64,000 nt of DNA from Myxococcota bacterium (GTDB lineage Bacteria > Myxococcota_A > SURF-8): assembly GCA_963674735.2 (NCBI GenBank), contig CAXXQS010000001.1:1088001-1152000 (forward strand), read 5' to 3'. Made by a program: the position numbers and the translations under genes. Below, piece by piece: positions 1 to 8,423 of this stretch. The notes below the pieces were generated by a model. That model was not told where the DNA came from and searched no databases. It saw nothing but the letters and a program-made list of their open reading frames with translations. The stretch's first letter is position 1; every line of letters starts with the position of its first letter.

Positions 1-790
1 CGGGTTGAGCGACATGGGTCAAGGTGACGCTCAAGCTTTTTCCGGCCGGATTCAGAATATCCCAATCGCCGAAGTTCAGCGTTGCGGTTGAGATGGACAA
101 AAGTGGGCTGCCACTGTAGGTGGAACGTGTTTGAACGCTGGCTTCCGGAATCAGGGGGTCGTTGCTCAGGATATACAGGGTGCAACTGTCTTCTCCGGCA
201 TCGAGCATGCGATAGGAGAGGATGATGACGCGACTTTCGCCCGGACCGATGGCGGCGAATTCCTGGGGAGGGGTTACAACCGAGAATTCGTCTTGGCAGG
301 AATGGTGGAAATTGACGGCGCGGATTTCGAGCGCGGCGTCACCGTGGTTTTGAATGAGCAGGTTTTCCGTGTCGGTCTGGTTGAGGATGACGGGGTCGAA
401 GATAATCTGAGCGGGCAGGACGATGCTTGGGGCCGGACCTTCCGAGTCGGCGATAACATCGTTGTCAATATCATTTTCGGAATCGAGATCTTCGTCGCCA
501 TCAATGTCAGTATCGGGCTTTTCGCTCAAATCACTTTCCGTATCGCTGTCGAGGTCATCGATATCGCCATCGGTCGGGATATCCCCATCGGTTGTTGGAT
601 CCGAGTCCGTATCTCCATCGGTGGGCCAATGGTAGTCCCGATCCCCTTGTGTTTGATCGAGATCTCCGGGCGTGGGGGAGGTGTCGTCTTCGGAGGATCC
701 TAAACATCCGCTGAAAAGGGTGCTGGATGTAAGGAGAAAAAACAGACTGATCCCGAGGAAGGCGGGATAGCGAAAAACGTTCATCTTCAT
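1..790 (-). CDS. Lipoprotein with DGD-rich acidic linker and choice-of-anchor D/ASH-type Ig-like repeats (3' end truncated by window edge)
   Basis: Hand translation, not in ORF track. GGAGG RBS, ATG at 790, MKMNVFRYPAFLGISLFFLLTSSTLFSG-C lipobox, then TDGDTDSD/TDGDIP/TDGDID repeats, then IIFDPV..LLIQNHGDAALEI..ILSNDP and a second LNFGD repeat. Open to position 1. Confidence 0.8.
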   Translation of the reverse strand, partial: MKMNVFRYPAFLGISLFFLLTSSTLFSGCLGSSEDDTSPTPGDLDQTQGDRDYHWPTDGDTDSDPTTDGDIPTDGDIDDLDSDTESDLSEKPDTDIDGDEDLDSENDIDNDVIADSEGPAPSIVLPAQIIFDPVILNQTDTENLLIQNHGDAALEIRAVNFHHSCQDEFSVVTPPQEFAAIGPGESRVIILSYRMLDAGEDSCTLYILSNDPLIPEASVQTRSTYSGSPLLSISTATLNFGDWDILNPAGKSLSVTLTHVAQP

Positions 791-1111
791 CGTAGCCTCC
801 AGACAACACGGACAATCCGGGTGCGTTGATCTGTGGCGAATGCCTCCAATATCGTTCGCACACCCATCCGAGTAAAACCCGACCCCACAGAATTTGGGGT
901 TTTAGGCATATCGTGTTTCCGTTTTATGCACCGTTTAGAAAACGTTAAATACAGTGTGATGATAAAGAGTTATACGATTAAAGTCAAGGTGCGAAACGGC
1001 CTGGATGCGCTCGATTCGCGCAATGCGCGAATTAATTTCAAAGAGTGAAAAACCGGCGAGTAGTCCGAATGAGAGGAGGGGGCGGCGATTGGAGCTAAGT
1101 GGGCATTTTTC

Positions 1112-1140
1112 TTGAAATCTTCGGGGCTTTTGAGTATTCT
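1112..1140 (+). promoter_or_regulatory. Putative sigma70 promoter
   Basis: TTGAAA-N17-TATTCT upstream of the 1206 ORF. Confidence 0.4.
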
Positions 1141-1205
1141 GGCCCCGGTTCTGAGGAAAATTACGATCTCAATCGGCGCGATGCTGGTTTGAAAAGGAGG
1201 GGAGC

Positions 1206-2282
1206 ATGCAGAATAAACGGGTAAAACAATGGACTTGCCTGCTTGTGTGGGTTCTGGCGGCCATGATGCTATGTGCTTGTAGCGATGAGGGAGAAGACGA
1301 AGCTGCCGACGGCGATGCCGGGCCGATTGCCGGAAATGTGGTGTTGAGTGATGAAAATCGCAATTTTCAGGTTCCGCATGTGTTCGACCTCAACGGTCAA
1401 TCGACCATTCTGTTTCGTGACGTTAATGGAATTTTTGCCTATCGCATGAACGCAGGCGACCTGATTCCCATCGACACACTGGGCTCCACCGCTTTGGGCT
1501 ATGGTGTCAATCAGTACGTTGTCGATGACAACTACTTTGTTTGGAATACCCGTACCACCTCGTCCTATCGCTATCAATGGGCGGTGAGTACCACACGCGA
1601 TGCTCAGACCGGACCGCTGGTGCCCGGCATGTGCATCATCACCGACCAGCTGAACCAGAAAGCCTTCGTGGCGGTCAAAGAGAGTGGCGATATGTTCCAG
1701 ATCGCGCTCAGCAACTTCAGCGACACAAGTGAACTGGATCCCATTCGTCTACTCGATCCTGACCAAACCAGTACACCGGTACAGATTCAAGCCTTTAGCT
1801 GTGAAGGAGGTCGCGGCTTTGTGGGATCTGCCGATGGCCGCCTGTTCGAGGTTAATCTGCTTGACAGTACGCCCACGTTGACTCCGCTTTTTGAGGTGGA
1901 CGACAGTTACTTTGCGATGCTGCAGTTTTCCGATCCCTATCTGGTTTGGATAAATTCCAATAATGACATTTGGTTGTACAACACCGAAACGCAGGATGGT
2001 CCGCGTTTGGCTGTCGATGTGGATCCGGTCAATCGAACGACATCGCGTGTCGAAGATTTACGGATCTTTGGCTCGGTTGTCGTGTGGAGCGATGATTCGG
2101 AAGGTAATTACAACATTTGGGCAGCCGATCTGGAAACGATCACCGATCCGGCGATCTATCCGCAGATCACCAACGAGCCGAACGACCAGCGTTTCCCTTA
2201 TATCTACCAGCAGAAAGTCTACTGGCAGGACAACCGCAACGGGAATTGGGAAGTGTTTTCCGGGATCTTGTCCACCCTTTAA
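1206..2282 (+). CDS. Lipoprotein, beta-propeller (TolB-like/surface propeller repeats)
   Basis: AGGAGG RBS; lipobox MLCA-C; repeats VWSDDSEGNYNIW and YWQDNRNGNWEVF. Confidence 0.75.
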   Translation: MQNKRVKQWTCLLVWVLAAMMLCACSDEGEDEAADGDAGPIAGNVVLSDENRNFQVPHVFDLNGQSTILFRDVNGIFAYRMNAGDLIPIDTLGSTALGYGVNQYVVDDNYFVWNTRTTSSYRYQWAVSTTRDAQTGPLVPGMCIITDQLNQKAFVAVKESGDMFQIALSNFSDTSELDPIRLLDPDQTSTPVQIQAFSCEGGRGFVGSADGRLFEVNLLDSTPTLTPLFEVDDSYFAMLQFSDPYLVWINSNNDIWLYNTETQDGPRLAVDVDPVNRTTSRVEDLRIFGSVVVWSDDSEGNYNIWAADLETITDPAIYPQITNEPNDQRFPYIYQQKVYWQDNRNGNWEVFSGILSTL

Positions 2283-2302
2283 GCACGATAGACAAAAAGC
2301 GG

Positions 2303-2333
2303 AAAAGCCGGGGTTTGAACCCCGGCTTTTTTT
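2303..2333. terminator. Bidirectional intrinsic terminator
   Basis: AAAAGCCGGGGTT-tg-AACCCCGGCTTTTTTT between convergent genes. Confidence 0.85.
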
Positions 2334-2348
2334 CGTGATTACAGGTGT

Positions 2349-3587
2349 TTAATCGCCGAAGTGCTTTTCTTCGTCATATTCGGCGCCGACGGCGTCCGGT
2401 TCCACATCTCGTCCGGCCGCGGGCATTTTGGCCTTTTCTTTGTACCACTCATGCTGAATCAGCAGATTCATGATTTCGTTGGTCCCGGTCCAGATCATCA
2501 TCAGACGCAAATCGCGCAGGAAACGTTCGATGGGGAAGACATCGGTATAGCCGATGCCTCCCATTACCTGCATGCAGCGATTGACGACGTCCCAGGCGGA
2601 TTCGGTGGAGAACTTTTTTGCTTCCGATACCATCCGGCGAGCGTCTTTGCCGCTATCCACCATGCTTGCAGTAGACCAGACAAGGGATCGAGCCGCATCG
2701 AGGCGAGTGACCGATTCGGCGATATGGAAATTCACCGCCTGGAATTTGTTGATGGTTTTGTTGAACGCGGTACGACGAGTGGAATAGCGGGTGGCCACTT
2801 CAAGAGCGGCACGAGCCGTGCCCACTGCGCCGCAAGCCGTGGTCAGCCGTTCGGGGATCATCATGCGGTTGAAAACCTCGGCCCCGCGATTGAGGCCCAG
2901 AATCACGTTTTGTTTGGGAACGCGCGTTCCTTTGAAGGAGATACGGGCTGTCCCGCCGCCGCGTGACCCCATCAGTCCGTAGAGGTGATCGACCCGCACC
3001 GTATCGTCTCGGTCGACAAGGAGAGCGGAAATACATTGGTGGGGATGGGCATTCTCATCGAAGTTGGTGCGCGCATAAACCAAGAAGAAGTCGGCGCCTT
3101 CTCCTCCCACGATGAAACGTTTTTGCCCCGTGAGCAGAAAGTGATCGCCGTTGTCGACGGCTTTGGTGGCGGCGCCGAAGAAGTCGGAGCCCCCGCGTGG
3201 CTCGGTCAAACCCTCCGCGCAAAATTTTTCTCCGCGCAGCACCGGTGCCAGGTAAGTTTCTTTCTGTTCGTCGGTGCCGAAGGTATTCAAAGCCTCGCCG
3301 ACAATGCTTACCAACGAATAAAGACAGGCAAGCGGAGCGCCCAGCGTGCCGATTTCTTCCAGTACGCAGGCTTCGTGTTGCCAGTCGAATCCTCCGCCTC
3401 CGTAGGTCGGGTCAAAGCGCAATCCCAACAAACCCCGGGCGGCGGCCTTTTTCAGGTACTCGGTTGGGAAGCGAACGCTTTCCGATTCCATATCCCGAAT
3501 CAATTGTGCCGGTACATCTTCTTTGAGAAATTGGCGGGCGCGTTCACGCAGAGCAATATGGCTTTCGTTCAAGAAGTGGTCGAACAT
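2349..3587 (-). CDS. Acyl-CoA dehydrogenase family protein
   Basis: LTEPRGGSD, GQKRFI, QVMGGIGY, IWTGTNEI motifs. Start re-set to MFDHF (3587) behind an AGGGGG RBS. Confidence 0.93.
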   Translation of the reverse strand: MFDHFLNESHIALRERARQFLKEDVPAQLIRDMESESVRFPTEYLKKAAARGLLGLRFDPTYGGGGFDWQHEACVLEEIGTLGAPLACLYSLVSIVGEALNTFGTDEQKETYLAPVLRGEKFCAEGLTEPRGGSDFFGAATKAVDNGDHFLLTGQKRFIVGGEGADFFLVYARTNFDENAHPHQCISALLVDRDDTVRVDHLYGLMGSRGGGTARISFKGTRVPKQNVILGLNRGAEVFNRMMIPERLTTACGAVGTARAALEVATRYSTRRTAFNKTINKFQAVNFHIAESVTRLDAARSLVWSTASMVDSGKDARRMVSEAKKFSTESAWDVVNRCMQVMGGIGYTDVFPIERFLRDLRLMMIWTGTNEIMNLLIQHEWYKEKAKMPAAGRDVEPDAVGAEYDEEKHFGD

Positions 3588-3597
3588 ACAAACCCCC

Positions 3598-5115
3598 TTA
3601 CGATACGAGACTGCTTTCTTCAGCGATCGATTCTTCAAAAGCTTTTTGTTTGGCTTGGCTGATGATTTCCTTGGCTTCATCCGGCGCGACATGATCGAGC
3701 AGGATTGTGAAGCGGGTTCCAATATCCGGGGTGCTTTCGAGCCGGATGTCTCCGCCATGTTTACGAATGATACTAAACGCAACCGACATGCCGAGCCCCG
3801 TTCCTTCTCCAACGTCCTTGGTGGTGAAGAACGGATCAAAAATGCGATTTTGTATGTTCTCGGGAATGCCCGATCCGTTATCGGTGACAATTACGGTAAA
3901 GCGCCCATTGGTAAATTGCGTTTCTATGCGCAAAGTCGGGTCCGGGCGTCCAGCCATCGCGTGTGCGGAATTGATGAAGAAATTCAGAAAAACTTGCTTG
4001 AGTTGTTGTGGATAGCCGATGATCGTTGGAAGGTTGGGACTAAGATCTTCAATAATGCTTACATGTTTCAGCTGGTTGTTTGCCACGCGCAGACTCAATC
4101 GGATAATTTCATTAAGATCCGCTTCATTGGCGCTTTCCGTTCCTTGATGGCTGAAATCCTTGAGGTCTTTAACGAGCTTGGTTACACGACTGGTTCCTTC
4201 TTCCATGTCGGTACAGATATTTTCCATGTCATCAAGGATCGGTAAAAGTCCGGATTTATAGATCCAATCAATCACTTCTCTGGCTATTGTCTCGGATTGG
4301 GATCCTTCCGCTTCAGCCGCTTTCACTCGTTTGGCGAGCTCTTTTAACCTTGGTGCAGATAAACGAAGCATTTCGAGGTTGGTCGAAATGAAGGTGATCG
4401 GATTGTTGACTTCATGTGCGATTCCAGCCACCAATTGACCGAGGGAGGACATCTTCTCGTTTTGAATAAGCTGAAATTGCAACATTTTTTGTTCGGTGAC
4501 ATCTCGGGCGATCAGGACGTAACGATTGTCCAAATCATTATGGATTGGAGCGATGTACATTTCGTATTCTCGTCCGAGCACGTGATGTTGATACTCACGA
4601 GAAAGTTCCCTTTGAGTTCGCATGGGACATACGGCGCAATCGTCGGCTGTGCATTTAAGAACATCGAGACACGAAAGTCCGACTTGATCGCCAAAGCGGT
4701 CAATGGCCACCTGATTCATGAAAATGATTTGTCCGTTGGAGGCCAAGACCAAGATGGAATCTTTCAGGCTGTTGAAGATCGTCAACATCTGAATCCGCTG
4801 CTTTAATTCCTGGAATTCGCTGTTTGTGGGCGGTTCAGAGCTGTCGGAGATATCGGACTCGGGCTGCTTATGTTTCGTAGCGAACCGGACCGAGATGGCG
4901 CCGACGCAGATCGTGAAACTTAAAATGATTCCATAAACCGCATGCGGATAAAAAACAACGAGTAGCAAACCGCACAAGTCGAAAGCCGCAATCAGTAGTG
5001 CGAGTATTCGGTGGATGGCAGGACGGTTGGGTTCCGTTAAAACTTTTACGATCAGAGCGAAGGCCGTTACAAGAAAAACGAGCGGAAGAAAGGTATGTAA
5101 CCAGAGTGAATTCAT
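3598..5115 (-). CDS. Membrane sensor histidine kinase (PAS-like, HisKA, HATPase)
   Basis: About 3 N-terminal TM segments; AGIAHEVNNPI H-box, QVFLNFFINS N-box, DNGSGI, FDPFFTTK, GTGLG. Confidence 0.92.
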   Translation of the reverse strand: MNSLWLHTFLPLVFLVTAFALIVKVLTEPNRPAIHRILALLIAAFDLCGLLLVVFYPHAVYGIILSFTICVGAISVRFATKHKQPESDISDSSEPPTNSEFQELKQRIQMLTIFNSLKDSILVLASNGQIIFMNQVAIDRFGDQVGLSCLDVLKCTADDCAVCPMRTQRELSREYQHHVLGREYEMYIAPIHNDLDNRYVLIARDVTEQKMLQFQLIQNEKMSSLGQLVAGIAHEVNNPITFISTNLEMLRLSAPRLKELAKRVKAAEAEGSQSETIAREVIDWIYKSGLLPILDDMENICTDMEEGTSRVTKLVKDLKDFSHQGTESANEADLNEIIRLSLRVANNQLKHVSIIEDLSPNLPTIIGYPQQLKQVFLNFFINSAHAMAGRPDPTLRIETQFTNGRFTVIVTDNGSGIPENIQNRIFDPFFTTKDVGEGTGLGMSVAFSIIRKHGGDIRLESTPDIGTRFTILLDHVAPDEAKEIISQAKQKAFEESIAEESSLVS

Positions 5116-5325
5116 CGATCTGTCGCCAATCACGAAGGCAAGCTGTTTAAATGATTTAATCTTTTCTGATAACCGTGCGAAGTTTAAAAGATGAGCGGAT
5201 AATCTGCAAGCCTTAATTCTCATAGATCATTGTAAAGCATTATAAAGCCGATGATTGTCAATAACTTGAAATAACTCTTGAAAACATGGCATAGTGCTGC
5301 CTGAAAAAGATGAATGGAGGTAATC

Positions 5326-7143
5326 ATGCGAAATCCGTGGACGATTCTGTTTTCCTTGCTGTTTGTTGCCGTTTTAATCGCGGGAGGCTGTGGGTCCGAT
5401 GACGAGAAGGCCTCTACGGATGGAGATGAGGATTCGCGGGTCGATGGAGACAACCTAAATCCTCCGGATGGTGATCAAGATAATTCCGATGTGGATGGCG
5501 ACTCCGAATCGGATGGGGATTTTGAGGAACCTCCATTTGATCCGCCTGCTTGCGGAACCGCGCTTTATACCAACCATCACCTGATCCCCGGTCCGACGGA
5601 AGCCGGCTATAATGCAGAATTGGCTTTGAAAGCAACACGCTATGAACGGCAGTTCCATTTGTTCAACGCCTATCCCATGGCGACGGACGCCTCCGCCAGT
5701 GTCTCGATCGACAGTACCGACACCCGCGATTTGATCACGCGTTTTTTGCAGGAGGACGATTCCTGGGATTTCGAAGCCTACGCGGGCAAGAATCAGCTTG
5801 AGGTGATCGAGAGTTGGTCGAAAGTGGCCGGTCTTTATGGGGGAATGGGTATTGTGGCCGATGCGCTGCGCTATGGGACGCTCCGAGATCAAGGGGCGGC
5901 CTGCGAGGACGTCGATCGGGCTCGCGACTTTCTGCTCGCTTCGTTGGACGCCTTGCATATGGCTCATACGATCGGAGGCGTTCCGGGTGTCGTGGTTCGT
6001 GGGTTCATCCGAAAAGACCTTCCCGGCGAAGGCCAGTCCACCGTTCAATCCGTGGTTCCGCTTTTCGACGATCAGGGTAACCCGTTGCCCGAGGTCAAGA
6101 ACAATGGCACTTGGCGTGAAGACAATTCGGGGCTCTATCCTGATTATCTGTTCGAAGATTCCTGCAGTCGCGACATGATGCTCGGCTGGGCGGCGGCTTC
6201 GGCGGTCTGTATGGAAGTCATTCGCCGCGATCCGACTTTCTCGGAAGATCTGAAGACTCGCCTCAAAGAGGATGCTCGAATTGTGGGAGAATCACTGCGT
6301 ACGGTTCGCGAATCCGACCACGATCTGGAACTGCCCGATGCCGATGGGCGCATCACGTATCACGGGTATTTAAATGAAGAATGTGTCGAGCGAGAATTGT
6401 ACCTCGATGGTTTCAAAAACGGCTTTTATTCGCTGATGGCGTTGGGGATCGTTTCCGCTTACGCCTATGCTTCCGATGATCCGGGGGCGTGGCAATACCT
6501 GAACGATGAGCTGATCGACGCGCGCAGTCTGCCGGACATCGCCAAAGACAACATGATTTATATCAACATGGGGTTGGAATCGAACTGGTCGAATTACAAT
6601 ATGGCTTTTATTTCCGGTTGGTTGGCGATGCGTTACGTTCGCCATGCCGAAGCGCGCGATAAAATTCGCGAGGCGATCGATGTGCAACTCTACGACACTC
6701 CCGACGCGGTCCAACAACCGGTGGGTGCGAAGATGAGTTTGTTCGATTTTATCTTTGCGGCGGCTAAAATGGACGAGTCGAGCTATTGGAGCCCCAGCGT
6801 TCAACCGGATGCGCAAGCGGTTGCGGATGGTATCGAAACCTTGAAGGAATTCGATACACCCCCCTATTGGGATTACGAAGTGATCCAGTGCGATGAAGCG
6901 GAACTGGAAAGCGGGCAGTGCGAATTGGAAGACGGCACCGAGGTGACGGTGTACGATGAGGGCGGGCGAAAGGGAAGCACGGTCTGTGACCAGCCGATCC
7001 CAAAGCGTATGCGCCGACCGAGCAACTTCGAATGGCGCAGCAACCCCTACAACCCGAATGGCGGCGGAAACGGCTCGAATCTGCTATCGGGGGTGGATTT
7101 CCGTTGCGCTTATTGGATCGGTCGCTGGACGCAAATTCCTTAG
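5326..7143 (+). CDS. Uncharacterised lipoprotein with DGD linker
   Basis: GGAGG RBS; lipobox IAGG-C; five DGD units; about 550-aa globular body with no motif I recognise. Confidence 0.8.
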   Translation: MRNPWTILFSLLFVAVLIAGGCGSDDEKASTDGDEDSRVDGDNLNPPDGDQDNSDVDGDSESDGDFEEPPFDPPACGTALYTNHHLIPGPTEAGYNAELALKATRYERQFHLFNAYPMATDASASVSIDSTDTRDLITRFLQEDDSWDFEAYAGKNQLEVIESWSKVAGLYGGMGIVADALRYGTLRDQGAACEDVDRARDFLLASLDALHMAHTIGGVPGVVVRGFIRKDLPGEGQSTVQSVVPLFDDQGNPLPEVKNNGTWREDNSGLYPDYLFEDSCSRDMMLGWAAASAVCMEVIRRDPTFSEDLKTRLKEDARIVGESLRTVRESDHDLELPDADGRITYHGYLNEECVERELYLDGFKNGFYSLMALGIVSAYAYASDDPGAWQYLNDELIDARSLPDIAKDNMIYINMGLESNWSNYNMAFISGWLAMRYVRHAEARDKIREAIDVQLYDTPDAVQQPVGAKMSLFDFIFAAAKMDESSYWSPSVQPDAQAVADGIETLKEFDTPPYWDYEVIQCDEAELESGQCELEDGTEVTVYDEGGRKGSTVCDQPIPKRMRRPSNFEWRSNPYNPNGGGNGSNLLSGVDFRCAYWIGRWTQIP

Positions 7144-8423
7144 CGGACTTTGTGCAGAACCGCGATTGATTCCAGATGGTAAGTTTGCGGGAAGAAATCG
7201 AAAAATGCGACGCTTTTAAGCGTGTAACCTGCGGCCGCTAAGGGCTGCAGGTCACGGGCCAGCGTGGCCGGGTTGCACGACTGGTACAGCACGAGTTGGG
7301 CGTCCAAGCGCGGCAACAACTCCGCTCCGTCCTTGAAACCGGCGCGCGGCGGGTCCAGCAGTACGATATCCGTTTTATGCTCGGCTTCCGTCAAGTCACG
7401 GATGGCTTGTTGCGCCGTTTCGGTGCGAAAATCGATGACGTCTTTCTTTCGATCCAGATTCCGGCGGGCCTCACGCTGGGCTACCGGGTCGGATTCGATC
7501 AGAACGAGTTCATTTGCGTGGTCGGACAGGATCGCCGATAAGTTCCCTGAACCGGAAAAGAATTCCACGGCTTTCTTCAACGAAAGGCCTTCCTTCGCGG
7601 CCGCTTGCAATTGGTCGGACAAGTAGGTTTGGGCGGTTACGTTCAGGTTGGAATGGGCTTGCCAGAAGCTGCGGATGTCGTGGCTCAGTCCGTCCGGGCG
7701 GTTGTAGGCGGGCAGAGGAAGCGCGCTTTTCCCGGCACGGACGGGTTTTCCGGCACCGGTGGCGATGATGCCCGCCAGTTCGGGGATCTTCTGCATGATC
7801 TTCTCAAGGCGCTCCCGGCGCACCGCTCTACGTACCATGAGATGCAGCGCACCCTGGTTGGAAAGCGATGACCAACCGGCCTCCAGTTCGTTCAGTGGGA
7901 GCCGTTCGGAGGCAAGAACTGCCTTTATCGCGCTCAACAGGAAGTTGAGATCGGGATGCAGGGTCATGCAGAGGTCGAAGGGAACGACGCGGTGGCTCAG
8001 TGGCGAGAAGAACCCCAGGCGGCCATCGGGTGTGGCATGTAAACGAGCCCGGATCCGTGTGCTGAACGGTTGCGGTGACGCAAAGTGCTCGACCTGCTCA
8101 GGCTCCAGTCCGCCGATGCGGCGCAAGGTTTCGAGCGCGAGTAACGTTTTCTCCTCGAACTGGCGCTTATCCAGTACATGCTGCCACTGGCAACCGCCGC
8201 AACGGTCGAAAATGGGGCAGGGGGGGATCGCGCGATCGGGAGAGGCTTCCAGGATCTTTACGATTCTGGCTTTATCGAAGCGTTCAGTGGATTTGTAGAT
8301 CTCGACCTGCAAGCGGTCGCCCGGGCAAGCGCCGTCGATAAACATCACTTTGCCATCGTGGCGCGCGACTCCGGCTCCGCCGCTGGCTAGAGCATCAACT
8401 GAAACTTCAACTGGGTTTGTCAT
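7140..8423 (-). CDS. rlmD: 23S rRNA (uracil-5)-methyltransferase RlmD/RumA family
   Basis: TRAM domain; CPIFDRCGGCQWQH Fe-S motif; LDPPRAG; YQSCNPATLARD; FFPQTYHLES. Confidence 0.9.
   Translation of the reverse strand: MTNPVEVSVDALASGGAGVARHDGKVMFIDGACPGDRLQVEIYKSTERFDKARIVKILEASPDRAIPPCPIFDRCGGCQWQHVLDKRQFEEKTLLALETLRRIGGLEPEQVEHFASPQPFSTRIRARLHATPDGRLGFFSPLSHRVVPFDLCMTLHPDLNFLLSAIKAVLASERLPLNELEAGWSSLSNQGALHLMVRRAVRRERLEKIMQKIPELAGIIATGAGKPVRAGKSALPLPAYNRPDGLSHDIRSFWQAHSNLNVTAQTYLSDQLQAAAKEGLSLKKAVEFFSGSGNLSAILSDHANELVLIESDPVAQREARRNLDRKKDVIDFRTETAQQAIRDLTEAEHKTDIVLLDPPRAGFKDGAELLPRLDAQLVLYQSCNPATLARDLQPLAAAGYTLKSVAFFDFFPQTYHLESIAVLHKVR

Noticed and set aside
480-640. Repeated CCATCGGT units resembling a DNA repeat array
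   Set aside because: They encode the TDGD peptide repeats of the lipoprotein; no constant repeat-spacer structure, so not CRISPR.
131-703. 190-aa plus-strand ORF, and other long shadow ORFs (e.g. 12211-13086, 34221-35174, 62580-63395, 63438-63842)
   Set aside because: Antisense shadows of real genes with clear motifs on the opposite strand; expected from codon bias.
3588-3890. N-terminal extensions in the ORF track (ACAD, hslV, pgsC, pgsW, mscS, pyrE)
   Set aside because: They mostly overlap upstream genes or promoters; downstream ATGs with RBS match the family starts.
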